A stretch of 59,693 nt of DNA from an uncultured Candidatus Saccharibacteria bacterium (GTDB taxonomy: Bacteria > Patescibacteriota > Saccharimonadia > Saccharimonadales > CAZMXN01): assembly GCA_964570275.1 (NCBI GenBank), contig CAZMXN010000001.1, positions 9,745-69,437 on the forward strand, given 5' to 3'. Within the stretch, counting starts at the first letter, position 1. Each line of letters begins with the position of its first letter. The notes beneath the pieces were generated by a model. It was given only the letters and a program-made list of their open reading frames with translations. It made no database searches and was not told the origin of the DNA. The position numbers were made by a program, and so were the translations under genes. Positions 45,283 through 54,809 of this stretch are shown one piece after another.

Positions 45283-46233
45283 ATGCGACTGAAAAAGCTT
45301 CTGCTGAGCATTGGCGTGCTTTTGCCGCTGGCCGTTCTGCCGTACGTGGCCGTCTGGCAACGGCAGAATATTACCGACTGGTACCGGCTGCGCGATTATA
45401 CGCCGCCGGCCCGGGTGGCCGAGCTGGCCACCAACATCGGCCTGACCGATTACGGCCGCAAGCTGTTTTACGTCAACTACCCGGAACTCAATGACAAGGA
45501 GTCGTTTCGCGTCAGCTGCAACAGGAGCGAGGAATCAATCGTACTGGGCTGCTACATCGGCAATGACAACGGCATTCACATTCTGGATGTGCAGGATGAG
45601 CGGCTGGCCGGCATCCACGAAGTCACCGCCGCCCATGAGATGCTGCACGCCGCCTATGACCGCTTAAGTCCGTCCGAACGGTCCAGCATCGATCGGCTGA
45701 CCGAAGAAGTCTACGCTTCGCTTAATAACGAGCGGATACGCGAGACGGTGGAGAATTATCGCCAGCGCGATCCGGACGTCGTGCCGAACGAGCTGCATTC
45801 CATTCTGGCGACCGAAGTCCGGGACCTGCCGGCCGAGCTGGAGGCCCATTACCTGCAGTATTTTGATGACCGGCTGGAGATCGTCGAATACTCCGAACAG
45901 TATGAGCAGATTTTTATCGAGCAGGAGGACTTCGCCGAGTCGCTGAAGCGCCGGATTGACGGTCTCAAACAGGAGATTAACGGGCTGGAAGAAGACCTGC
46001 TGCGCCGCAAAGGCGCGCTGGACGCCGAACGGGGACAGGTGAACACCAACGCTGAAGTCACGGCTTTCAACCGGCGGGTCGATGCCTTTAATGACGACAT
46101 TGTCCGGGTCGGCCGGCTGGTGGACGAGCATAACCGGCTGGTGGAAGAGTACCGCGAACTGGAGCTGACGCGTCAGGACCTGCTGGAGGCGATTGATTCG
46201 CGGCTTAAGCCCACCGAGGATCCCGCCCGGTAA
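45283..46233 (+). CDS. Hypothetical membrane-anchored protein with HExxH metallopeptidase-type motif and coiled-coil-like C-terminus
   Basis: N-terminal TM helix. HEMLH at 45634-45648 (IHEVTAAHEMLHAAY). Charged heptad-like C-terminal third. No family recognised. Confidence 0.55.
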   Translation: MRLKKLLLSIGVLLPLAVLPYVAVWQRQNITDWYRLRDYTPPARVAELATNIGLTDYGRKLFYVNYPELNDKESFRVSCNRSEESIVLGCYIGNDNGIHILDVQDERLAGIHEVTAAHEMLHAAYDRLSPSERSSIDRLTEEVYASLNNERIRETVENYRQRDPDVVPNELHSILATEVRDLPAELEAHYLQYFDDRLEIVEYSEQYEQIFIEQEDFAESLKRRIDGLKQEINGLEEDLLRRKGALDAERGQVNTNAEVTAFNRRVDAFNDDIVRVGRLVDEHNRLVEEYRELELTRQDLLEAIDSRLKPTEDPAR

Positions 46234-46259
46234 ATTAAATTATCAGATAGGAGCTAAAC

Positions 46260-47609
46260 GTGGCCAGGAAACCGACTGTCAGATACGAATGCAGCAACTG
46301 CGGCGCCGTTTCGGCGACCTGGGCCGGCCGCTGTCACGCTTGCGGCGAATGGAACACTCTGCAGGAACAGATCGTGGCTACGGCTGAAACCGCGGCCGGC
46401 GGCGGTCAGGTTTTAACCACCGGCAGCGTCGGCAAGGCGGCTGCCCGGGACGATCAGAAGCGGCTGGTGACCGGCCTGTCCGATGTTGACACGGTCCTGG
46501 GCGGCGGCTTCGTGCCGGGCAGTATTAACCTGATTGCCGGCCAGCCCGGCATCGGCAAAAGCACTCTGCTGCTGCAGCTGGCTTACGCACTGGCTAAAAA
46601 CCATGCCGTACTGTACGTCAGCGGCGAGGAATCGGCCCATCAGATCGGCTTGCGGGCCGAGCGCTTAGTCGGTGCCAACCGGCCGGAACTGCAGCTGGCG
46701 ACCACCGGCAGTGCCGACGACATTGCCGCCACCATCAGCACCGGCAAGTATAAACTGGTGGTGATTGATTCCATCCAGACCGTCGGCACGGCGGCAATCA
46801 GCTCGTCGCCCGGTACGGTCAGCCAAATCACCAACAGCACCCAGTTGATCACCCTGGCTGCCAAGCAGACCGGCACGGCGGTTATTCTGGTCGGCCACGT
46901 CACCAAGGAAGGCAACATTGCCGGGCCGAAAGTCCTGGAGCACGTTGTCGACGTGGTGCTGCAGCTGGAAGGGGACCGCTACGGCGGTTTCAAAATCCTG
47001 CGCGGCATCAAAAACCGCTACGGCTCAACCAGCGAGGCCGGCATTTTCGAAATGCTGGATAATGGCTTGCAGCAGGTGGAGAACCCGTCAGCCGCCCTGC
47101 TGGCCGAACGTCAGATCAGCGACGGCTCAATCGTCCTGGCCACCATGGAAGGCTCGCGGCCGATTCTGGTCGAAGTCCAGGCTCTGGTCAACCGGACGTC
47201 TTACGGCTATCCGAAGCGGACGGCCAGCGGCTTTGACTTAAACCGCCTCAATCTGCTGACCGCCATGCTGGAGCGGCGCACCAAGCTGAATCTGGCCGAC
47301 CAGGACATTTATCTGAACATTGTCGGCGGACTTAAGGTTACCGAGCCGGCAGCCGATCTGGCGGTGTGTATGGCTATCGCTTCGGCGGCCAAGGGTTTGC
47401 AGCTCAAGAAAAACGCCGTGGTTTTCGGTGAGGTTGGTCTGAGCGGTGAAGTTCGGCACGTGCCGTTTATCGATAAGCGGGTGGCGGAAGCCAAGAAACT
47501 CGGTTTTGAGACCGCCATCGGGCCGGCCGTTAAGAGCGGCCGCAAGCCGGCCTGGCTGACGCCGGTTAATCATATCCGGACGGCGCTCAACACCTTTTTA
47601 GAAGGTTAA
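46260..47609 (+). CDS. radA: DNA repair protein RadA/Sms
   Basis: N-terminal zinc finger CSNCGAVSATWAGRCHACGEWNT, Walker A GQPGIGKST, KNRYG motif, Lon-like C-domain. GTG start with an AGGAG SD. Confidence 0.95.
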   Translation: MARKPTVRYECSNCGAVSATWAGRCHACGEWNTLQEQIVATAETAAGGGQVLTTGSVGKAAARDDQKRLVTGLSDVDTVLGGGFVPGSINLIAGQPGIGKSTLLLQLAYALAKNHAVLYVSGEESAHQIGLRAERLVGANRPELQLATTGSADDIAATISTGKYKLVVIDSIQTVGTAAISSSPGTVSQITNSTQLITLAAKQTGTAVILVGHVTKEGNIAGPKVLEHVVDVVLQLEGDRYGGFKILRGIKNRYGSTSEAGIFEMLDNGLQQVENPSAALLAERQISDGSIVLATMEGSRPILVEVQALVNRTSYGYPKRTASGFDLNRLNLLTAMLERRTKLNLADQDIYLNIVGGLKVTEPAADLAVCMAIASAAKGLQLKKNAVVFGEVGLSGEVRHVPFIDKRVAEAKKLGFETAIGPAVKSGRKPAWLTPVNHIRTALNTFLEG

Positions 47610-47621
47610 ACTCCGGAGCTG

Positions 47622-50519
47622 TCAGACCACCAGCGTCCGGCCGGGCAGCCGCTGCGGGTTGACGAAACCGGACCGCCGGAAAGGTGGCGGCACAAAGCCG
47701 TTGCCGCCGTCATCGTCATCATCATCGTCGCCATCATCATTGTCGCCACCGCCGTTACCGTCGTCCGGACCGCCGGTCGCAACGGTCGAAACTGTCGCCG
47801 TGGCGCGGGCGTCATACAGAACGCTGTCGATTATCTCGGCCGTGACTTTTACCGAACCGGTTGACGTGACGGTGTAGGGGAAGCTGATATTGCCGTTGCT
47901 GCTGACTTTATAGGTCTTGGCGACCTCGCCGTTGACCAGGAAGTTGAGCGTGCCCGGATGTTCGTCGCTGGACAGCGGATGAGTGCCCTTGCGGACGCGG
48001 GCTATGAATGTACAGCTGCCGTTACAGACGGTCGGCGTGGTCAGATCGACCGACGGCTTGGAGTCATCGCATTTATGAACGTCGTCTCTCTCCTGGGTGT
48101 TGGCGCCGCTGCCCTGGACGAAGATGTCACCGGAGAAAGTCGCCGCGCTGGTTTCGGTAACTTCTTTGCGGGCCCGGTCAGGAGTACAGTCGGTAGCCAG
48201 CTTGTTGGAGACTATGTCAATGGTGCGCTTTTCGCCGACGTTACGGTTCTTTTGCTCGTACCAGGCCGGGAAGATATCGGTTGACGGGCTGGGTTCGATG
48301 GTGCTGGAGCCGACGTGGCTGCGGATGACGTAGGCCGGTAATGACTTGATGCCGGCCGGTTTGGGCCGTTCTTTCGGCTCCTTATCGTCGTGCGCCCGGC
48401 GCATCCAGCCATTCCAGATCGGTTGGGTCATGGTCTCCATGAAACCGCGCATCTCGACCTGGCGGTTGTGATAACCGACCCAGACACCGGCGGCGTAGTG
48501 GGTGGAGAAGCCCATCATCAGGCCGTCCTTGGAATCGTTAGTGGTACCGGTCTTGATGGAGAACTTGTGACCTTTGTAGTTGTGCGCCTTGGTCGCCATG
48601 TAGCTGGCCCGCGGGTCGGACATCATATCGGCGACAATGTAGGCGGCGTCTTCGCGGACGACCTGTTCGCCCGGATCGGGTTTCCATTCATGGATGGTCT
48701 TGCCGGCGGCATCCTCGACTTTGAGAATGTAGGTCCGCGGAATTTTGCGGCCGTTGCGGCTGATGGTCCCGAACGAGTGAACGTGCTCGTCCAGTCTCAG
48801 ATAGGCGCCGTCACCGATGGCGGCGGAAGCGTAACACTGCGATTCTTTGGTCAGACCCTCGTCAGCGTAGCAGTTGTAGCCACTTTCCAGTCCCAGGCTT
48901 TCGGCGGTTTCGATGGTTTTGTCGATACCGGTGATCAGCATGGCTTTGACGGCCGGCACGTTACGGGACGCGCCCAGCGCGTAGCGCAGAGTCAGCGGAC
49001 CGGGATAACGGAAGTCGTAGTTGTGCAGGCAGTTGCCGACCGGCGGCCGGGCCCGGTTGGTACAGGGATAACCCTCCAGCGGACCCTGGGTGTCATACAG
49101 CACCGAGCCGGCCCCGAAGTTGTCATTGTGTTCAATTAAAGCCAGGTAATCGTAAGGCTTGAAGCTGGAGCCCGGCGGCAGACGGAGCCGGGCGTAATTG
49201 TTCTGGCCGAATTCCTTGTTATCAAAATCGGAGCCGCCAACCAGGGCAACGACCTGACCGGTTTCGACGTCGGAAGCCACGAACGCGGCGGTGTCACCGC
49301 CCTGACGGCGGACTTGAGCCATGCCGTTGGCGACTTCTTCTTCGGCGATTTTCTGCAGATCCAGATCAAGCGTGGTGATAACTTTCCAGCCGCCCTGCAG
49401 CACGCCTTCGCTGCCGCCGCGGTCTTCAATCAGCTTTTCTTTGGCTGCCAGCACAAACCAGGGCGCGCGGATGCCGGCGAACTTCGGCTCCGGTTCTTTC
49501 TTCTTGGCCAGCGTGTCGACTTCCTTGGCTTCGTCGCGTTCCTCGGCTGAAATCATGCCCTGCTCGGCCATCAGGTCCAGGATGTAATGCTGGCGGCCGA
49601 CCAGCGCTTCGGCGTCAAAGTACGGGCCGTAGGGCGAGTAAAAGGAAGGAGACTTGGGGATGGCGGCCAGGAAAGCCGATTCGTCCAGCGTCAGGTCTTT
49701 GGCCGACTTGTCAAAGTAATCGCGGGCGGCCGCTTCGACGCCGTATTGGACGTTGCCGTAAGGAGCGGTATTAAGATAACCGGTCAGAATGTCCTGTTTG
49801 GTGTAGCTGCGCTCCAGCTCAATCGACAGGATAACTTCCTTAATTTTGCGCTGGTAGGTCTGTTCGGTACCGACATTCGACTGCGTCAGGCGGACCAGCT
49901 GCTGGGTGATGGTTGAACCGCCCTGGGTGCTGCCGCCGAAGGCGTTGTTCCAGGCCGCCCGCGTGATGCCGCGCAGGTCGAAGCCGCTGTGCTTGAAGAA
50001 ATCCTTGTCTTCAATGGCGATGGTGGCGTCTTTGACGTAATCGGCGATCTGGTCATCATTGACCGGAATACGCTTAACGGCGTCGTAATCCTCCCAGAGC
50101 AGCACTTCGCCGGTGCGGTCGTAGTAGCGGATGCTGCCGCCGATGTTGTTACCGGAGATATCGCGCAGGTTCGGCAGATCCTTGCGGAAGTAGGCGAACA
50201 CGCCGACCATCAACAGAAAGACGGCCACCGAGCCGATACCGGCAATTTTGAGCGCCATGATACCGCCTTCGCGGCTGAACCAGTACTTGGCCATGCGCTT
50301 GGGGTGCAGCCGGTACAGCACCCGCTTGAATTTATTCTTGGGCAGGGTGCTTAAATAGGCCGCTTTCTTCATCGACCGGGCTTCTTTGTTGGCCCTGATC
50401 CGGTCGCGCAGTGAGCGGTGCAGCTTGATAGTCTTGCCGTTCTTGGTGACGAAGTGATTTTTGCCGACGCGGCTGCCATAGCTTTTGCGCGCGCGCGATC
50501 CGGCTTTACGCTTTCTCAT
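47622..50519 (-). CDS. Bifunctional class A penicillin-binding protein (PBP1A-type transglycosylase/transpeptidase) with extended termini
   Basis: GT51 motifs (IAIEDKDFFKHSGFD, GGSTITQQL), transpeptidase SxxK (PGSSFKP), SxN (SRN) and KTG (IKTGTTND). About 95-aa basic N-terminal tail and TM. C-terminal Ig-like region and an Asp/Gly run. Confidence 0.9.
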   Translation of the reverse strand: MRKRKAGSRARKSYGSRVGKNHFVTKNGKTIKLHRSLRDRIRANKEARSMKKAAYLSTLPKNKFKRVLYRLHPKRMAKYWFSREGGIMALKIAGIGSVAVFLLMVGVFAYFRKDLPNLRDISGNNIGGSIRYYDRTGEVLLWEDYDAVKRIPVNDDQIADYVKDATIAIEDKDFFKHSGFDLRGITRAAWNNAFGGSTQGGSTITQQLVRLTQSNVGTEQTYQRKIKEVILSIELERSYTKQDILTGYLNTAPYGNVQYGVEAAARDYFDKSAKDLTLDESAFLAAIPKSPSFYSPYGPYFDAEALVGRQHYILDLMAEQGMISAEERDEAKEVDTLAKKKEPEPKFAGIRAPWFVLAAKEKLIEDRGGSEGVLQGGWKVITTLDLDLQKIAEEEVANGMAQVRRQGGDTAAFVASDVETGQVVALVGGSDFDNKEFGQNNYARLRLPPGSSFKPYDYLALIEHNDNFGAGSVLYDTQGPLEGYPCTNRARPPVGNCLHNYDFRYPGPLTLRYALGASRNVPAVKAMLITGIDKTIETAESLGLESGYNCYADEGLTKESQCYASAAIGDGAYLRLDEHVHSFGTISRNGRKIPRTYILKVEDAAGKTIHEWKPDPGEQVVREDAAYIVADMMSDPRASYMATKAHNYKGHKFSIKTGTTNDSKDGLMMGFSTHYAAGVWVGYHNRQVEMRGFMETMTQPIWNGWMRRAHDDKEPKERPKPAGIKSLPAYVIRSHVGSSTIEPSPSTDIFPAWYEQKNRNVGEKRTIDIVSNKLATDCTPDRARKEVTETSAATFSGDIFVQGSGANTQERDDVHKCDDSKPSVDLTTPTVCNGSCTFIARVRKGTHPLSSDEHPGTLNFLVNGEVAKTYKVSSNGNISFPYTVTSTGSVKVTAEIIDSVLYDARATATVSTVATGGPDDGNGGGDNDDGDDDDDDDGGNGFVPPPFRRSGFVNPQRLPGRTLVV

Positions 50520-50655
50520 AAGTTACCTTAAATACTCCTTCAATGACAGTTATTATAACAAATTTCTTATGCTGCAAGCCGGATTTTGGAATTCCGGGAA
50601 GCGGCCGCCATGCGCTATACTCTTAGCTATAGAGATAACAAGGACTTTTAGGCAT

Positions 50656-51900
50656 ATGACATTATCCGAGGAGCTGCAATGGCGCGGCTTTGTCAACCAG
50701 ACGACGTTAAGTGATATCAGCGAGCTCGATAAGCGGAAATTCAAGCTGTACTTCGGGGTTGACCCGAGCGCCGACTCGATGCAAGTCGGCAATCTGGCGG
50801 CAGCCATGATGGTCAAAGCCTTCATGAAGCACGGCCACGACGTTACTCTGCTGGTCGGCGGGGCGACAGGGTTGATTGGCGATCCCAGTTTCAAGGAGGC
50901 TGAGCGGTCGATGTTGACACTCGAGGAAGTCGAAAACAACAAAAAGGCGATCGCCGCCCAGTACGACCAGATATTCGGCAAGGGTTACTGGCTGGTCGAT
51001 AACTACGACTGGTTCAAGGACATGGGTTACCTGGAGTTTCTGCGCGACGTCGGCAAGCATTTCAGCCTGACGCCGCTGCTGCAGCGGGATTACATCGCCA
51101 GCCGGATCGGCGAAGGTGGCAGCGGTATGAGCTACGCCGAGTTCAGCTATACGCTTATCCAGGGCTATGATTTTTACTACCTGAACAAAGAGTACGGCAT
51201 TGACCTGCAGGTCTGCGGCTCCGACCAGTGGGGTAACAGTATTTCCGGCGTGGAGCTGATTCGCCGCAAGTCCGGCCGCGAGGCCCACATTTACAGCGTG
51301 CCGCTGGTTATCAACAAGGCGACCGGCAAGAAATTCGGTAAAAGCGAGGACGGCGCCGTCTGGCTCGACCCTGCTAAAACCAGTGTCTATAAGTTCTACC
51401 AGTTCTGGCTGAATGCCGACGACGAGGGCGCGGCGGACTATCTGAAGATATTTACCGAGCTTGACCGGCCGACAATCGAGCAAGTCATGGCCGGGTTTGA
51501 GCAGGACCGGGCCGGCCGGCTGGCCCAAAAGACCCTGGCTTATGAAGTCACCCGGCTGATTCACGGTGCTGATCGGGCCGATTCGGTCAAACGGGTTACG
51601 GAGACGCTGTTCGGTAGCGGTGACTACACCGGCCTGAGTAAGGCGGACTTTAAACTGCTTGATCACGAGCTGCCGACGGTGCGCGCCAAAACCGGCGCGC
51701 CGCTGATTGAGCTGCTGGTGGAGAGCGGATTAGCCGGGTCCAACTCCGAAGCCCGCCGGTTTCTAGCCGAAAGGGCCGTTTATATCAACGGGCGGCAGCT
51801 TGACGAATCGGCGCAGGAACTGACCGAGGCCGACATTATTAATGGTCATGCCATTTTGCGCCGCGGCAAAAATACCCAGGCTCTGATTGTGATAAAATAA
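50656..51900 (+). CDS. tyrS: Tyrosine--tRNA ligase (HIGH motif degenerate)
   Basis: Near-colinear with bacterial TyrRS as I recall it (ELQWRGFVNQTT, LVGGATGLIGDPS, GSDQWGN, KFGKS, C-terminal S4 domain). Start set at ATG 50656. The track ORF start 50485 overlaps the divergent PBP gene. Confidence 0.9.
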   Translation: MTLSEELQWRGFVNQTTLSDISELDKRKFKLYFGVDPSADSMQVGNLAAAMMVKAFMKHGHDVTLLVGGATGLIGDPSFKEAERSMLTLEEVENNKKAIAAQYDQIFGKGYWLVDNYDWFKDMGYLEFLRDVGKHFSLTPLLQRDYIASRIGEGGSGMSYAEFSYTLIQGYDFYYLNKEYGIDLQVCGSDQWGNSISGVELIRRKSGREAHIYSVPLVINKATGKKFGKSEDGAVWLDPAKTSVYKFYQFWLNADDEGAADYLKIFTELDRPTIEQVMAGFEQDRAGRLAQKTLAYEVTRLIHGADRADSVKRVTETLFGSGDYTGLSKADFKLLDHELPTVRAKTGAPLIELLVESGLAGSNSEARRFLAERAVYINGRQLDESAQELTEADIINGHAILRRGKNTQALIVIK

Positions 51901-51911
51901 GAGGCGAGATC

Positions 51912-52676
51912 ATGCCAAAACGAACCAGAAAAAAAGCCGACCAGTATGATGAGGGTAACTACAATTACTTGAAGTACTGGGATGAGCGCAACTATGAGCA
52001 TTCGGCGGAAGAAATGGCCATTAACCGGCTGCTGGCCGGCCGGAAGTTCAAGCATGCCGTTGACATTGGCGGCGGCTACGGCCGGCTCAGCGTCCTGCTG
52101 ACCAAATATGCCGATAAGGTGACGCTGGCCGAGCCCTCCAGGCAGCAGCTCGAGATTGCCGACGAGTATCTCCGGGCTTATCCGGAGGTGGCCCGTAAGC
52201 AACTGCAAGCCGACGACCTGGGCTTTAAAGCCGGATCGGTCGATCTGGCGGTCATGGTCAGGGTCATGCACCACCTGCCCGACCCCAGCGCCGAACTTTC
52301 AGAAATTGCCCGGGTGCTGGAGAAAAACGGTACGCTGGTGCTGGAGTTCGCCAACTTCGCCCACGGCCGCAACCGCCTCAAGCACCTGCTGAAGGGTAAG
52401 CGCCTGCCGCTGGAGCCGGTGGACATCCGCTCTGAGAAGAACCGCCGCGACGATGAAATCCCCTTCGTTAACCACAATCCCAAAACCGTAGTCAGCCAGC
52501 TGGCCCATGCCGGACTCAAAGTGGAAAAGGTTCTCTCGGTGTCCAACCTGCGTTCGCCCGGCCTTAAAAAAATCGTGCCGCAAACCGTCATGCTGTCGGT
52601 GGAGAAGCTGCTGCAGCCGACGCTGGCCAAGACTTATTTTGGCCCCAGCATCTTCCTGCTGGTCCGCAAAGTGTAG
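51912..52676 (+). CDS. Class I SAM-dependent methyltransferase
   Basis: Motif I VDIGGGYGRLS, motif post-I/II (LAEPS, DLAVMVRVMHHLPDP). GAGG SD 11 nt after the tyrS stop. Confidence 0.75.
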   Translation: MPKRTRKKADQYDEGNYNYLKYWDERNYEHSAEEMAINRLLAGRKFKHAVDIGGGYGRLSVLLTKYADKVTLAEPSRQQLEIADEYLRAYPEVARKQLQADDLGFKAGSVDLAVMVRVMHHLPDPSAELSEIARVLEKNGTLVLEFANFAHGRNRLKHLLKGKRLPLEPVDIRSEKNRRDDEIPFVNHNPKTVVSQLAHAGLKVEKVLSVSNLRSPGLKKIVPQTVMLSVEKLLQPTLAKTYFGPSIFLLVRKV

Positions 52677-52706
52677 CTCCCAACCGCCGCCTGTATACTA
52701 ACCAGT

Positions 52707-54743
52707 ATGACGCTGAGTAGCCCGATCACGGACTTAAGGGGAGTCGGCCCGGAAATTGCCGGCAAATACCGTCTGCTCGGCATTGAGACTATCGGGCAGC
52801 TGATTGATTATTTTCCGCGCAAGTATGACGATTATTCCGATGTGCAGACGATTGCCCGCATCCGGCCGGGCACGGTGACGCTAAAAGCCAGGATCAAGCA
52901 GGTCAAGGGCCGGTACGTCCGGCGCGGCATGCATGTTACCGAAGCCGTCGCCAGCGATGAGACCGGCAGCGTCCGGCTGGTCTGGTTCAACCAGCCGTAC
53001 CGGGCCGGCGCCATAAAGGCCGACGCCGAATACTTTATCTCGGGCGAATTCGGCCTTAATCGGCAACGGTTGAGCATCACCAACCCGGCCATGGAGCTGG
53101 CCAGCGGTTTCCCGATCAATACGGCCCGTATCGTGCCGGTTTACCGCGAGACGGCCGGCTTGAAGTCGGCGCAGCTGCGCCGCAGCCTGAAGCAGACCCT
53201 GCCGCTGATCCGTCGCCTGCCGGAGACGCTGCCGGCCTGGCTGCTTAAGGACCGGCGGCTGATCAGCCGGGCCGAGGCGGTTCAAGCCGTGCACTTTCCG
53301 GACAGCAGCGCCGATCTTAAAGCCGCCAGGCGGCGCTTAGGCTTTGAGGAGGTTTTCGAGCTCACCCTGTCCAGCCTGCTGACCAGGCAGAATCTGCTCA
53401 AGGAGACCGGTGTGCCGGTTGAGTTTGATTTGAAGCTGGCCCGCCGGTTTGTCGGACACCTGCCTTTTAAGCTGACCGACGCCCAGCGCAAGGTGATCTG
53501 GCGGATTTATCAGGACATGGCCCGGCCGCAACCGATGAACCGGCTGGTTGAGGGTGATGTCGGGTCGGGCAAAACCGTGGTGGCGGCCATGGCGGCGGTC
53601 ATGGTTATGCAGCAAGGTTATCAGGTGGCGCTGCTGGCGCCGACCGAAGTGCTGGCCCGCCAGCACGCCGAAACCATCCACCGCCTGCTCACGCCTTTGG
53701 GCCTAAGCGGTCAGGTCAGCCTGCTGGTCGGCAGCCTGTCGGCGGCCCAGAAGCGCCAGGCCCACGCCCGGATTAAAAGCGGCGAAATAAAGTTCATGAT
53801 CGGCACGCATGCCCTGTTGCAGGAAAAGGTCGATCTGCATCAGCTCGGCCTGGTCATCGTCGACGAGCAACACCGCTTCGGGGTCGAACAGCGAAAAGTG
53901 CTGCAGAAAAAGTCCGGTCACACGCCGCACCTGCTCAGCATGACGGCCACGCCGATTCCGCGCAGCCTGGCGCTGACTCTTTATGGCGAGCTGGACGTGT
54001 CGGTGCTTGACGAGCTGCCGGGCGGCCGCAAGCCGATTAAAACCAGGCTGTGTTCGCCTAATTCCCGCGATGAGCTGTATCAGAAGATTGACGCCGAGCT
54101 GGCCGCCGGCCGTCAGATGTTCGCCGTCTGTCCGCTGATAAGCGAGACTGATTTTCTGCCGGCGATTTCGGCCGAAAAACTGCATGAGCAATTCAGCCGC
54201 CGGACTTTTAAGCACCGCCGGGTCGGCTTACTGCACGGCAAGATGAAGCCGGCCGAAAAAGAAGCCGTGATGCGGCAGTTCGTGGAGGGTTCGCTGGACA
54301 TCCTGGTGGCGACGACGGTTATTGAGGTCGGCGTCGACGTCCCGAACGCTTCAGTGATGCTGATTGAAGGGGCCGATCGCTTTGGTCTGGCTCAGATTCA
54401 TCAGTTGCGCGGCCGGGTCGGCCGGGGTGAGCACCAGGGCTATTGCTATCTGGTGACAAGTGACAGCAGCCCGCCCAGCCGGCGGCTGCGTGCTCTGGAA
54501 AGCCTAACTGACGGCTTCAAGCTGGCCGAGCTGGACATGGAGCTGCGCGGTCCGGGCGCGATTTACGGCACGCTGCAGCACGGGCAACTTGATCTGCGCA
54601 TCGCCAGGCTGGCCGATACCAAACTTATCGCCGAGGCCCGTCAGGCGGCCGAAGCGTTCATCAGCCGCGGCGAGGATTTGCTACAATATAGGCATCTGTC
54701 TGACCGCGTAAGCAAATTACGCCAAGTTACAAACCTGAATTAG
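52707..54743 (+). CDS. recG: ATP-dependent DNA helicase RecG
   Basis: Wedge/OB N-domain, FKLTDAQRKV, Walker A GDVGSGKT, DEQHRFG, TATPIPR, HQLRGRVGRG. Confidence 0.95.
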   Translation: MTLSSPITDLRGVGPEIAGKYRLLGIETIGQLIDYFPRKYDDYSDVQTIARIRPGTVTLKARIKQVKGRYVRRGMHVTEAVASDETGSVRLVWFNQPYRAGAIKADAEYFISGEFGLNRQRLSITNPAMELASGFPINTARIVPVYRETAGLKSAQLRRSLKQTLPLIRRLPETLPAWLLKDRRLISRAEAVQAVHFPDSSADLKAARRRLGFEEVFELTLSSLLTRQNLLKETGVPVEFDLKLARRFVGHLPFKLTDAQRKVIWRIYQDMARPQPMNRLVEGDVGSGKTVVAAMAAVMVMQQGYQVALLAPTEVLARQHAETIHRLLTPLGLSGQVSLLVGSLSAAQKRQAHARIKSGEIKFMIGTHALLQEKVDLHQLGLVIVDEQHRFGVEQRKVLQKKSGHTPHLLSMTATPIPRSLALTLYGELDVSVLDELPGGRKPIKTRLCSPNSRDELYQKIDAELAAGRQMFAVCPLISETDFLPAISAEKLHEQFSRRTFKHRRVGLLHGKMKPAEKEAVMRQFVEGSLDILVATTVIEVGVDVPNASVMLIEGADRFGLAQIHQLRGRVGRGEHQGYCYLVTSDSSPPSRRLRALESLTDGFKLAELDMELRGPGAIYGTLQHGQLDLRIARLADTKLIAEARQAAEAFISRGEDLLQYRHLSDRVSKLRQVTNLN

Positions 54744-54809
54744 AGGCTTATAAATGAACAGTTCAAGAAGCGCTCGTCTTTTAAGACGGACGAACGGGCG
54801 ATAACGGCA

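Noticed and set aside
47690-47760. GAT/GGC-rich repetitive DNA (gtcatcgtcatcatcatcgtcgccatcatcattgtc...), looked at as a possible tandem repeat or CRISPR-like array. Similar GGC runs occur at 3170-3215.
   Set aside because: Irregular codon-level low complexity encoding the poly-Asp/Gly tail of the PBP and the poly-Gly tail of the DUF2207-like protein. There are no unit repeats or spacers.
50520-50655. Possible T-box leaders upstream of tyrS (136 nt) and hisS (48 nt after the tRNA).
   Set aside because: Both are too short for a T-box (typically over 200 nt). I found no T-box sequence (AAnnnGGGTGGTACCGCG-like) or specifier-loop architecture.
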